DNA from: Peribolospora baueri
Taxonomy: Eukaryota
Reading direction: 5' to 3'
Length of the DNA: 25,912 bases
Assembly (NCBI GenBank): GCA_029717555.1
Contig: JAMDHS010000055.1
Span: 124,001 to 149,912 of the forward strand
The position numbers and the translations under genes were made by a program. The notes beneath the pieces are model-generated. The model was not told where the DNA came from and did not search any database. It worked only from the letters and a program-made list of their open reading frames with translations. Of this stretch, positions 1 through 11,654 are shown piece after piece. Every line of letters starts with the position of its first letter. Positions within the stretch are counted from its first letter, which is position 1.

Positions 1-96
1 ACGAATCGCATCGATGAACCGAAAACAACTACTCGACTAGAGCCGGCGAGGCGACGACAGTTGGGAAGGGAAGGCCGTAGCGGATCATACACATAC

Positions 97-348
97 ATCT
101 CCATCGTCCGGTCCTCCCTTCCATCAACGGTTGAATGGGTGTAGTCATGGGTTTGTTGAGCAAGGTGCGATAACTTGCGTCCTGAGAATAGCGGAATGAC
201 GAGGGGGCCGTTCGAAAAAGACGTCAGCAAGCTAGAAGACTGTAGCAGGACTGACGAAGGTTGTAGAACGTGTGGATAAGGCCGAGCGAGTCGTAGACGC
301 GCGAGGAGAAGTTTGGTTGCAGAGTTTAGTTGCCTTCGGCCGCACCAT
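97..348 (-). CDS. Possible first two exons of an unidentified gene running off the window start
   Basis: ATG at 348; exon 348-256; intron 255-182 with GTCAGT donor, GCTGAC branch point and CTCAG acceptor. Splicing keeps the frame (MVRPKATK...STTF|DASYRTLLNKPMTTPIQPL). Next donor GTATGT at 96. No recognisable homology, and the true start could be the ATG at 149. Confidence 0.3.
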
Positions 349-421
349 CCAGCCGCCTAAGCCTATACCATTCAATGACGCCTATATTATTTTATAACCT
401 AATCAAGTATCAAGCAGATGC

Positions 422-501
422 GGTTGGATAGTGTAGCGGTTATCACGGAGGTTTCTGATGAGTAATTTCCTTCAACCTGGGTTCGACTCCCAGTCCGACC
501 T
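422..501 (+). tRNA. tRNA-Gln(CUG) with an 8-nt intron (459-466)
   Basis: Acceptor stem GGTTGGA/TCCGACC, A box TAGTGTAGCGG, B box GGTTCGACTCC, anticodon CTG at 455-457, intron at the canonical 37/38 position, 72-nt mature length, T-run immediately downstream and AT-rich flanks. Confidence 0.92.
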
Positions 502-506
502 TTTTT
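501..506 (+). terminator. RNA polymerase III oligo(T) terminator
   Basis: T6 run at the 3' end of the tRNA gene. Confidence 0.7.
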
Positions 507-619
507 GTTATTCTCAATTTTAATTTATATTTTTTAAACGTCCAAGTTGCGCGCACCGGCGACCGCAGCATTTTCTTAAATCACCTCCTCGTCCCTCCCC
601 TCCGATCATTCTCGCAACC

Positions 620-1217
620 ATGAGCGGCAAGACGAACGGAGGGCGTACGACGCCAGGAGCGGGCCTGTCGTTCTTTTTGGCCCGCTACGCCTCCCATCGG
701 CCCGACTTGGCGACCATCAAGGCAGAGGCGGACGCTGCGATAATCGAGTATCAGCAGCGCAAGGAGAACCCGGTTCGAGCGGCGTACACGGACGAGGACG
801 GCGAGCTGCTGCCCGGCTACACGCGCGGGCCTGAGGGAGAGATCATCGATCCGGATGGCTTCACGCTCGTGACGGGCAAAGGCGGAAAGTACGGACGGAC
901 AGCCGGCGGAGAGGCGGGCGTGGGCGTCGTGAGGAAGAGGGCAAGGGTGGAAGAGGAAGAGGAGCGACCGAAGAAGAAGAAGGAGCTCGTTGACTTTTAC
1001 CGGTTCCAGTTGCGAGAAAAGAAGAGAGAAAGTGGGTTTCGTGGTAGCGGTACCGTCCTTTCATCGCTCCCTTAGGATCGGTCGCTCAAAAGAATTTTTT
1101 TCCCGGTTTTCTCATCCATCCACAACGCTAGATCTGGCCAACCTCCGAAAACAGTTTGAAGCAGACAAGGCCAAGGTGGAGCAGCTCAAGAAGGCTCGCA
1201 AGTTCAAACCGTATTGA
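620..1217 (+). CDS. RRP7: Ribosomal RNA-processing protein 7, C-terminal domain only (about 165 aa); exons 620-1031 and 1132-1217
   Basis: GLSFFLARY..HRPDL, DPDGFTLV, KKKKELVDFYRFQLREKKRE|NLANLRKQFEADKAKVEQLKKARKFKPY* is the characteristic Rrp7 C-terminus. A GT-AG intron at 1032-1131 joins the two ORFs in frame. Confidence 0.88.
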
Positions 1218-1225
1218 ACGTTCCA

Positions 1226-2114
1226 TCAGCGTTCCGTATCGACGAGCTGCAGTACACTGTTCACCCTATCGGTCAAGGTGCGCACTACTTGGACGAGGGT
1301 AGACGGAGGCCGAGCGTCGACGCCAGCGGCGCTCGGCGTGTCTGAGGACGGAGGCGCGAGGTGCGATGAGAGGATGTGGTTTTCGAAGCCTCGCGCAAGG
1401 TACTCGGCCACCGTGAGCACGTCATGGTTCGCCGACGGCCTTTCATCGTTCTGCGTTTCCGCAGCAGAAACCCGTTTCAGCTCTTCAGAGGCGACGGGAA
1501 GGAAGGGGCGAGCCATGCTTTGTCAACATGGAACCGGGAGGTCGCATAACGGGAGTTCCTGGCACTCACCGTATCTTAGCCACTTGGCGAACTCGCCAAA
1601 CGCCACCTGCTCATGACCGCAGAGATCATCGAGCTGGACGGCAGTCTCGGCGGCTTTGGTTGTAAGGTTTAGGCAGGATGAGATGTCATCGGTGGCGGTG
1701 GAAAGACGCTCGTAGCGCATGGGCCTGTTAGAGGAAATCCAAGACGAGTGAGCGGCCCGTCGCGCATGGTATTGCACGGATGTCCCCCACATACCACAGG
1801 CTGCAGCCTTTGAGTTCGTCCAACAAGAGCAGAATTTGTTCGCATGCTGGAAATAGACTTTCGACCGCCGTGATACGTACGGTCCTCAAAGCGCTGAGAA
1901 CGGTGGTCTCCCATCGGACAAGGTTCTGATAGTCGACACGGGGGCTTTTCATGAACGTGCTGACGACGAAATGGCCAAGAAGGCAGGGTGCGAACGAGAT
2001 GACACTCACTCTCTCCGTCAACATATTGTTTCCGGCGAAGAATGACTCAACAGCATCGCTCGCTTTCCCCGTGAGAAGAAGCTGGAGCAATTCCAACCGT
2101 GGATTGACATGGCC

Positions 2115-2152
<38 letters not shown>

Positions 2153-2491
2153 GATCTGGCTGGGGGCACAGGCGAGACGAACGAGTACGCGGACAGACCC
2201 ACCTCCAAACCGCTTCTTCAACCCGTCCAATCTCCTATCCCACGCCGCAAACTCCCTATCCATCTCTCCCCATGCCTTTTCGCACAGTGTGGCCGAGCGC
2301 ACGGCACAGTCTAGCAAAGCCTGTAGGTGGGACGAAGCGCCCTTGACGTCTCGGGCTATAGAGACGCCGCGGGAGATCGTTGGATCATCGGACGCTGGCT
2401 GCGCCTCCTGGAGCAGTTGAGGAAGGGGGATCGGGGGTAGGGTCGTATATACCGCACGCTGAGTGGTGGCGGAAGCGTGAGGTGTAGACAT
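1226..2491 (-). CDS. APC4: Anaphase-promoting complex subunit 4-like protein, helical (long) domain only (about 311 aa); exons 2491-2203, 2113-2010, 1925-1795, 1724-1570, 1482-1226
   Basis: Spliced product contains SHLQALLD..EKAW, LELLQLLLTGKASDAVESFF, LFPACEQILLLLDELKGCSLW, EQVAFGEFAKWLRYE and DVLTVAEYL, resembling the ANAPC4 long domain. Four GT-AG introns keep the frame. The start codon is uncertain. Confidence 0.75.
2118..2146. repeat. A29 homopolymer (poly-U tract of APC4 intron 1)
   Basis: Run of 29 A directly before the minus-strand acceptor at 2114. Confidence 0.95.
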
Positions 2492-2687
2492 GGGCGTCCA
2501 TGAAGGGGACGAGGTGAAAGGGTCGTCGTCGTCGTCGTCGCGCTGGAGGAGGACGATCAATCTACGCGCTCTAATCCACGCGTATGATCAGATTTCGCGC
2601 TGCGGTTAGGAACGTTGGACATCACTCTTCTTCCTTCAGCTCCCCCTCCCCCACCCTTCACCCTGCGTGGACGACACAACTTTCAGC
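2492..2687. promoter_or_regulatory. Probable compact bidirectional promoter between APC4-like and MSD1
   Basis: Divergent start codons at 2491 (-) and 2688 (+), with pyrimidine-rich tracts ahead of each. Confidence 0.5.
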
Positions 2688-5600
2688 ATGCGCGCTTTGC
2701 TCTCAACGGCCCCCCGGTATTTCCCACCGTGTCTTCGGTGCCGCGAGGCCCTCCCGTCGGCGTTTCGCGTTAGATCACCCCGTCGACTCTTCACGGCCGA
2801 GTCTCTGCCCTCCGACTCGCTTAGCCGAACAAAGGGGTCCCACGATGAAGGACGTTTGCCTGCTTTCCTCGGTGAGAATCGAGCGTTAGACAGCTTTTAC
2901 GGTAGCGAAACATGTGTAGTATCTTTGGAGGGGTCGTTAGACAAGATGGATAGGATCGCTCACTCCGACGATATTGGATCTCTTACAGGTGCCTTCCCTC
3001 CTCGGACTCATACGTGCGGGCAGCTGAGGGCTGAAGACGAGGGCAAGGAAGTGGTGCTCGCAGGATGGCTACTTCCTGAAAGGTACGTATTCTTCCCCTT
3101 TTTACGTCTTTCAATAGTCTGCTTCGCCACTGATCTGGTTGTCTTGTTTCTTTTCGCTCTCTTCGCTCTGCCTTCTCAGGAAGATCTCCAGGTCCTTCTC
3201 CTTCTTTCCCCTACGCGACTATTCCGGGACAACGCAGCTACTTTTGAGGGCGCCAAGCGACGATGGCTCAACCTCAACCTTGAATTCGCGGGGCATCAAG
3301 CTGTCCAACGTTCCGGTCGAGTCTATTGTATTGGTCAAGGGCGTGGTGCGAAGGCGTGTGAAGGGAGCAGAGAACCCGGTGAGTCCAGCTTGTGGATTGC
3401 TCCCGTCCCCAAATATTCGGACTGACTCCACTTGTCATTGCTGCTGGTAGAACCTTGCAACGGGTCAAGTGGAGGTGGAAGTGTCCGACTTGATACTCCT
3501 TAATCCGGCAGACAAACAGCTGCCTTTCTATCCCTCTGAGCAGGGCACCTTGGTGAGCAACAGGTTGGATCTCTGCTCTGGAGCTATGGGGACCTGAGCT
3601 GGCTACACGATTATATCCTACAGGTGAACGAGGACCTTCGATCCCGTTACCGCTACCTGGATCTCCGCCGGGAAGCGTTATCTCGTAACATTCGCAAGCG
3701 GAGCAAGGTAGCCCATGCCGTCCGCTGCTTCTTACAAGATGAAGGTGCGCCGCGTCAAACATGGCATCTCCACTTAGAATCGCGTAGCCTATGCAGAATT
3801 TGTGTTTTTCTTCCTAGCAGACTTCACCGAAATAGAGACGCCCACCCTGCTTCGCTCGACTCCGGAGGGCGCTCGAGAGTTCCTCGTGCCCACTCGTCTC
3901 TCGTCTTCCGCCTCCTCTTCTGGTTCGACGGCAGTTGAACCGCTGTTCTACGCTCTCCCTCAATCTCCTCAACAACCCAAGCAGTTGCTCATCGCCTCTG
4001 GTCTCACGGACAAGTACTTCCAACTTGCTAAATGCTTCCGCGACGAAGACGGACGAAAGGACCGGCAGCCAGAATTCACCCAGATCGATATTGAGATGGG
4101 GTTCGTCAGCGGCGGCGTCAACGGCGTCTCGGAGAAGGAGGGAGGGGATGAATGGCGCATTGGCGGAGGGCAGGTAAGAAGGTTGGTTGAGGGCCTCGTT
4201 GCGAGGATATGGGGGACATCGGAGGGTATCGAGCTGCCGGAGAGCTTTCCGGTGATGAGGTACGAAGAGGCGATGAGGAGATTTGGTAGCGACAAACCTG
4301 ATACGCGGTTTGGTTTTGAGGTGAGCCTGCTGTTCCCTTTGACATCGTTTGGGCTGGCTCATAATCACCTGCCGTGTCATTCGTGTACTGCAGCTCCAAG
4401 AGGTCACGCGTTTGCTGCCCATGAACGTCGCACAAAGAGTGGCTCGCGATGGCATGAGTGTCGACGTGCTGGTGCATCGGCCAGAACGAGACGGTCCATT
4501 GTCCTCGAAGGAGCTGGACTCTTTTCTTCTAGGGAAGGACGGACGTCCATCTGGAGTGAGTCCCGCGGAGATCCGGTAACGATCGATGGGGTGTCTGAAC
4601 TCAAACTTGCTTTTCCACAGGTTGAACGGATCAAAATCACTCCGACAAACACCGGTACTTGGACACAGCGCAGTTCACTGTGCCGAGACGCGACCGCTCC
4701 AAAAGACATAACCGACCTTGGCCTATCTTCGCTCAATCAGCGACTGGGGCTTCGAGAAGGCGACACCATCTTCATCAGCAAGCGGAAGGCTGCACCAGAG
4801 GTGCGCTCATTTTTGTACAGAGGTTGCGGGTCCCGAACTAGCCGTCTCTAGACCGGCACCCGATCGCCTTCACCTCTAACCGGCTTGGGTTTCATTGCTA
4901 CGCAGGGCGGGTCGACTGCACTGGGCGACTTGAGACTCAATCTTGCGAATCTCCTGCAAGCGAAAGGTGAGCGGCATGATCTTACACGCATGGCATGGAC
5001 TTGGGTCACCTCCGCTAATATCTGCGTCCCTGGACCTGTGCCGCATAGGTCACTTGAGCATCCCACAGGACGCACTCCACTTCCTTTGGGTCACCGAGTT
5101 CCCTCTCTTCACCCGCGCCGACAGTGACAAAGACTTTCTGGCCCGTGGCAGATGGAGCAGCTCTCACCATCCATTCACTGCGCCAATGGCCGAGGATATG
5201 CAAAAGTTAAGGGAGGGTAAGATCGACGAGGTGCGTCAAACGTACTCCAGCTGCGTGTCTCATTCTACGAGGACGGAAGGTCCTGACACTCAGATCGTCC
5301 CTTGCACGCCTTTGAGGTTCGAGGCCAACATTATGACCTCGTACTCAACGGGATGGAGATTGGCGGCGGCTCGGTGCGGATTCATGACGCTCAGCTGCAG
5401 GAGTACGTTTTCCGGAATGTCTTGGAGGTGAGCGATAATAGGCTTTCCCGTCCCGGACGTCGAAAGGCGAAAGATGAGCATTGATGGACGACCAATTCGT
5501 GCTCTACCTATTTCCGTTTCCTCTTTTCTTCTATTTTTCCCTCCAGCTGAACGAGGGAGAAGTCCTCCGTTTCTCTCACCTCCTCCACGCCCTTCGCTGC

Positions 5601-5828
5601 GGCGCCCCTCCGCACGCAGGCATAGCCCTTGGCTTTGACAGGCTCATGTCCATCCTCTGCCGTTCCCCCTCTATCCGGGACGTGATCGCTTTCCCCAAGA
5701 GCTCCGCCGGTGCGGACCCAGTGTTCGGCAGCCCGGCGGCGTTCGGGGACGTTGGCAGCGCGGAAGGTGCTACCGCGGCGGCAGAGGCGGACGAAGCCTT
5801 GAAGATGTATGGCTTGCGAAGGCGATAA
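2688..5828 (+). CDS. MSD1: Mitochondrial aspartyl-tRNA synthetase; exons 2688-2871, 2989-3082, 3180-3378, 3451-3552, 3624-3744, 3821-4320, 4394-4555, 4621-4800, 4906-4966, 5049-5230, 5317-5427, 5547-5828
   Basis: Arg-rich presequence ([11 protein letters not shown]..). Bacterial-type AspRS motifs [120 protein letters not shown] and IRDVIAFPK. Confidence 0.95.
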
Positions 5829-6280
5829 GGCGGTCTGACTCTGACAACTCGGGTCACAGTAGGCGCAAAGCTCGGGCGGGTCCAAATGTCCCAAGGTGCT
5901 CTGATTCGTGCGTGGATGCAGTACGTGGTTTTGCTAATGACACAGGAATGCGTGAAAGAGAGAACCGGCAGTAGAACTAGATCAAGAAAACGATGCTGAG
6001 CAATAGAATGGGAAGATGCGAGAGATGAGAGGGCATTGGAACTCAGACGAGTGGGGCGTTTTGTGCAAGTTTGAGGGCTACGTACGAGTCATATGAGCGT
6101 CTGCGTGGGCACAAGCAAGAGCAAGGTCCGTCGGACCAACGAGAGAAGAGACGGAGAAAGACAGAGGAGACGGTCGCGCCAGCGAAACTCCGGGGGGGGG
6201 GGTTGCGAAGAAGGAAGCAGGCGAACGAAACAAGACCGAGGACCGAAGGAGCGGAACAATGACGAGCCGACGTCCAGACC

Positions 6281-8345
6281 TCATGACTGGGCGAAATTGC
6301 TAGCTTGACGGAGGCGTTTTCCGAAGACGTAGAAGAGCATCGGGACGGGGATGAAGGCGATGGAGATGAAGCCGAGCGTGGATGCGGCCCATGGTGTTCC
6401 GAGGTTCACAAACATGCTGTGGAGAGGGGAAGAGATGGGAGAGGACCGGAGCATGCGTCAGGGCCGGACCGGTCTGGTGGTGGTGAAAACGTTCCAGATC
6501 AGGCCATCGAAGTCGACTCACCTCCTGGCGAACATGGGGAATCCTGCGCCCATGAGACCTCTAGCGAAGGCGTTAGCGGCGATGGCCGAGTTGGCGAACT
6601 GCAGAATCGAAACGATGAATTAGAGCGGGTGTGAGCGCGGAAGCGGGACCAAGTGAGAAGCGGGGAAGGGGGGGGTCGGGGGGCGCAAGAAACTCACCAT
6701 GAGATAGGCGTCGATCAAGAAGGTGAGCGTCTGAAGGAAGATGATGATGATGCCTGCGCCCGTGCAGAGACCGGAGAGCACGCTGGGCACCCAAGTGTCG
6801 ACGCCGTTGGCCTTGCTCGTCCAGGCGAACCAGAAGAGACCGATAGGGAAGATGATTCCTCCGAGCATCATTGGGATGAAACGCTCTTCCGGCACGGGTC
6901 TGCCTCCATTCGCGGCCATCTTGCGAGTGTAGCGGGGCAAGAAGGCGAAGATGATGCAACATCCGATGAGGACGCCGATAAAGATACCCACGAAGGGGAG
7001 CGAGGCCACGCCGGAGTTCCAACCGCGGAGAATTCGATACTCGATAGGGTATGCAGAGAAGAGAAGGTAGAGAAGGCCGTAGACGAAGGAGACGTAGAGA
7101 GAGACAAGGAAAACCATGGGCTCGGTGAAGAGCATTTTGAGTGGCCTGGCGAGCCAGACACTGATGACCGTGTTCATGTCGGTACGCTTCTCGTCGAGCG
7201 GAGCGTGGAGGGCCCAGTTGTGGGTCTCAAAACGGAGACGCTTGGCCTTTTGCTGGAGCAGGTAGGGTCGATAGGTCTCCTTGAAGAGGAAGACCTGGAG
7301 GACGAACATGAGCATGGCCATGAAGAACGTCACCCACACCGTCCAGCGCCAGCCGAGGTAGCTGTTCACAATGAAGCCACCGACGATCGGGCCGAACGTG
7401 GGACCGCCGAAGGTGGCCATAGCAAAGAACACGACGGCGGCGCCACGGTTCTTCGCGTCCCAGAAGTCTGCGAGACAGCCACCGATGATAGCGAGACTGG
7501 AGGGTGAAATAGAGCAGGGGAGACGTGTCAGTCAGTCATCGGGCGAGGGAGCGGTCGAATAAGTGGGGACGGGAGGGCGAAAGCGCTCACGGAGCGCTAG
7601 CAAAAAAACCGCTAAAAAATCGACCGAGCATGATGGTCTCAAGGTTCCGAGCCACAGCGACTGGTATCTGGAAGATGCCGAAGAGCAAGTATCCAGCGAG
7701 CATCGGCACTTTCCGTCCGTACCGTTCGGAAATAGGAGCGAACAGCAGTGGGCCGAAGGCAAAGCCGAGGACAAAGAGCGCGGTGCCAAGTGTGCTCACT
7801 TCGACGGACACGTGGAACTTGCTTGCCACTTCAGCCGTGCCGACGGAGAAGGAGGAGGATGCAAAGGTAACGACAAAAGTGCTGAGCGCAGATACTGTTA
7901 AACGCAAGCGGGAAGAAGAGGTCAGCCCAGGATCGCTTTGAAAGGGCGGGTTCTCAAAGGACTACCTTCAAGGTACATGAAAACGGCCAATTGACTCACG
8001 CATAGTTTGAAAGTACTTCCTCGTCATACTCCACTTCATCGGGTCCTCATCATCGTCCAACGTGTCAATGAGGTCCTTGCTGCCCTTGTCGTCTGCCTCG
8101 TTCGGGTCTTCTCCCAGCTGGCGACTGAATGTCTGTCGAAGCATAGGGTCCTCGACGACTCTGTGTTCGCCATCGCTTCTATAATGACGAAAGTCGTCGG
8201 CAGGATAGTGAAAGTCCATTCGCACGGACGGGGGAAGCGGAGGTTTGGGTTCGACGATGGAAGTGGCAGGGCTGTTGTTGACCGCCGTTCGCTCTGCCTG
8301 AGAGATCATCGTCTCCATCGTAGGCTCGCGGTCGAAAGGTGACAT
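6281..8345 (-). CDS. MFS drug:H+ antiporter (DHA1 family, Tpo1/Flr1-like); exons 8345-8000, 7894-7591, 7496-6698, 6598-6522, 6416-6281
   Basis: DPMKWS..K, LFVLGFAFGPLLFAPISERYGRK, GRFFSGFFASAP, GPTFGPIVGGFI, LGWRW, ETY.P.LL, RPLKMLFTEP, PEERFIP, FLIDAY, GAGFPMF and FGKRLR. Four GT-AG introns give an uninterrupted frame. Confidence 0.93.
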
Positions 8346-9573
8346 GGTACGGGGAGCACGAATGAAGAGTCAAGTGTGGGCCTATGATAGTAGCGAAGGA
8401 GGGCAGGACGGGGGTGAGCAAAGAGGGGGAATGACGACAGATTGCTGGTTTGGTGGCGTCAAGCTGTTTGTTGTGCCTGTCAATGAGGAACCAAGAGCGA
8501 GATCGACGGACGGAGGTGATATTTTATCTTTCCTTCTGCCCTCCTCACGACCACTTCCATCTTTCGCTTTCATCCATGTTCCTTCGTCTTGCTCCATGCT
8601 TCGGGCCGTTCGTCAGTCACGGAGGAAGCAAAAGACGGGCGAAGGCTCCGGGGGGAGTGAGCATTGTTTGTATCGGCGAAGGCGGATGCGGGCAGAGTGC
8701 GTCTCCGTGTCGGCCGGCCGAGGCATTGCCGGTCCTGCTCTCGCGGGCGGATGAAGGAGATGGAGGACAAGGATGGCTTGCCAGACAAAAACTTTTTATT
8801 AAACGCTGATGAGATGGATGATCGGGACGTCGAACACGAGCTTTGGCAAGTCCGGCCTAATCGCCGGTCGGAAGATCGGAACCGCCAAAATCCGCCCCGG
8901 CTAACTATCTCGCGCCGTAGACCCAAATCCGCTTTCTACCGCGCTTATCTCCGATCCGACCGACGCCGCCCGGCTAATGCCTGGGCCGGAGCCGAAGGCC
9001 GTCGTGGGACAGAAATGCCACTGCTCCCGTGTGACCCCACCATCCACCAGAAACGCACTTGGGCATGCGAACTGAACCGAATAGAATAGGCGAAGAAGCA
9101 GGAAGGTTGGAGGGGAGCGAGCGTGGACTTCGTCGTCGGTCGTTCGATCGTCTCCACGGGCAGGTGAATTTCACGTGACGTAACCCTAACGATTCTGTCC
9201 ACTTTCTGACGGGTGGGCTGCGACGCCTCCGTCGGGCGACGTCGATCACCACGACAAAAGCGGACGAGTAATTAAAGGCGGCATCGCTCAGTCAAGAACG
9301 CCAGTCAAGTTCATCCGAGTTGTTCCGGTGTGTTAAGTAGCTACATTGCCGTTACTGGTTCGGGAAGCACGTTGCAGCGTCAACGTACATGATGCGGAAA
9401 GGAGAGCAGACGTGCGAGGGAGCGCGCAGATCGTTCCAAGGCTCGTGAGTATACCATTGAAAGAAAGGATACGAAGATCCCATCGCCGAAATCTCGCCAT
9501 GGCGTGCAAGTCAAGAGGGCTGACTGAAGGAGCACCCTCGTCGGGGCGGAGGAATATGTCTTCGCCCGCCTCT

Positions 9574-11654
9574 TTACGTCCGTGCGAAGTGGGACTTGCG
9601 TCGTAAGCGCTTTCCGTACTTGTAAAACACTGTGGAGGGAAGGAGCGCACGATCATTAGTCCTTTCGTGTTCAAGCTTTCCCCGCATGCTTGGATCTCGC
9701 CGTTGGTTGTACGGATGTGAACAGCACAAGTATTACCAACCCAAAAAAAATAGGAATCATCAGCCTGATGACGACGCGACGCGGCGTGTGGCACCCAATA
9801 TCGAACGGCAATCAGCGTCTCGTCTTCGGTGGCGATATATGGCTAGTTAACGCCCCGTCACTGTCCTCACAAATACATAGGTGTCGATGATGTAGTTGAG
9901 CATCGGCAACTGGTAGAGACAAGCAGACGAACGAAGGAACCGTCATAACAGCGATCCCGAGGATCAACGCCAGCAACGAGCGACGTGTCACGCATCACCC
10001 TCACTCACAAAGATGAGCACAGTCCCAGCTCCTGTGCAGATTCCTGAAAGCGCCGCGGGGACCCAAGAGTCTACGCCGACTCTATTAAGAGGAATGGCGA
10101 CAGGCGGGCGGACGGAATAGCGAGTGTAGGTGGGAGGGAGACGAGCAAAAGGTCAGCACAACTCCCGTCAGTAGATCAAGGACAGCCTGGGAAAGACTAG
10201 GACTCACTGCTTGGATGTCCAACCGAACCAGAGGGTTCCGATAGGGTAAATGACAGCGCCGACTGCAGGCAGAATTGGGTGAGCGCCGAATCCATTGAGT
10301 TCCGTCCTTACTATGTCGACTCGAGAGGAAGTAGAGAAAGAGGGACTCACAAAACACATCGGCAGTAGTCTCTCTTCTGGGACCGCCCTACCCCCATTCT
10401 CCTCTACCTTGCGTCTATACCTCCTGTACCGACGAGGACGTTCACGAGGAAGAAAGACAGAACCAGATCACAGAACGTTCAAAGTCAGCGTCACAAGCGC
10501 CCTTTACCACCGAGAAAGTAAGGCACGCGGCCAGGGCGAGGAAGGCGCGGCGCTCACGGCGACATGGCTAGCATGATTAAACAACCAATTACGAAACCGA
10601 TCAAGAGGGCGATAAAAGGCGGAGAGGTGAGGCCCTGCTTCCATTGTCGGACAATCATGAACTCGTAGGGGTAGCTCGAAAAGAGGAACTGTCCACGGAA
10701 TGGTCAGCGATGGTGATGTCGGGAAAAAAGGACGGAAGAGAACTTGTCAGGAAGGAGTGGCGTCGTCTCGACGGGCCTTCCAGTATCAAGTTGAAAACAC
10801 TATGAACACTCACATACATGATCCCTGAGATTTGCGCCATAAAACGAATGGAAGGTCAACGAGGCAACCACAAGGTTACCCTAGACATAGAAGAAAAGCA
10901 AGCTCACCGTAGACGAAGGCTGAATAGATGGTGATGAGCAGCTAGGATGCCGGCGTACAATTATAATCTAGAATCAGTGCGAAGAGGGATTGGGAGAACG
11001 GGGATAGGGCGTTTACCGAACAGGATCGTCGTGCTGCTCACCAGCATCGGCTCCTGTACCAACATCTTCAGAGGCCGGGCCAGGAAGACGGTAAATATGG
11101 TCCTGGCACGAAGGGATATGCACCAGCGTGTGAGCCATGTTGTGGTAAGAGGCCAAGCCAGCGAGCAGACAATTTAAAAAGGTACGGGACGGAGCTCACC
11201 TGAAAGTGAATTCCTTCTCGTCCAAAGGAGCGTGTACGGCCCATTGCTTGGTGGCGAACTTTATCCTGCGTGCTTTTCGCTGAAGGAGCACGGGGCGGTA
11301 GCATTCGGCGAGGAAAGCAAGTCGAGAAAGGCGATGAAGAAGCCTGTGGACAAGTAAAAACGTATTGGAAGAAGAGAAGGGTGAGAGAGATGGTCGTTCA
11401 CTACACGATAACATAAACTTAACAAGTCTCACCGAAAATTGCGGTGATCCACGCGTCCCATTTCTGAACGAACCCCGGGGGGAAGGCAGAGATGAGACAA
11501 GTTGAGTCCAGCAGGAAAATATGGTCGTTAGTCAAGGCCAACCCGGAGGGTTGCAGCTCACCCAACCCAGCGAGGATTGAGTGATGAAAGCTCCTGCAAT
11601 GGGGCCTGTGGTAAGGAAAGATAGGAGCGACTGGTGAGGAATGGGGACATAGAG
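9574..11654 (-). pseudogene. Block C of the MFS paralogue (TM5 to C-terminus), original orientation
   Basis: Exons read GPIAGAFITQSSLGW|KWDAWITAIF|..FLAECYRPVLLQRKARRIKF..HAPLDEK|..FLARPLKMLVQEPML|LLITIYSAFVY|GIMY|FLFSSYPYEF..|RYRRKVEENGGRAVPEERLLPM|GAVIYPIGTLWFGWTSK|VGVDSWVPAALSGICTGAG|LPMLNYIIDTY|LMIPIF|FYKYGKRLRRKSHFART*. Confidence 0.88.

Noticed and set aside
452..462. Alternative anticodon reading (TCT, TGA or suppressor)
   Set aside because: The stem register places CTG at positions 34-36, and the body matches the eukaryotic tRNA-Gln pattern with a short variable loop.
1113..1228. Readthrough of the APC4 TGA to supply the missing C-terminus
   Set aside because: The frame closes again after about 37 codons antisense to RRP7, with no WD40-like sequence.
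6653..7507. Long antisense ORFs over the MFS gene, and likewise over MSD1, the helicase and samB
   Set aside because: Shadow frames of GC-rich coding sequence with no recognisable motifs.
9172..9190. CACGTGACG next to a telomere-like TAACCCTAA upstream of the MFS gene
   Set aside because: A single short occurrence; cannot be distinguished from chance without conservation data.
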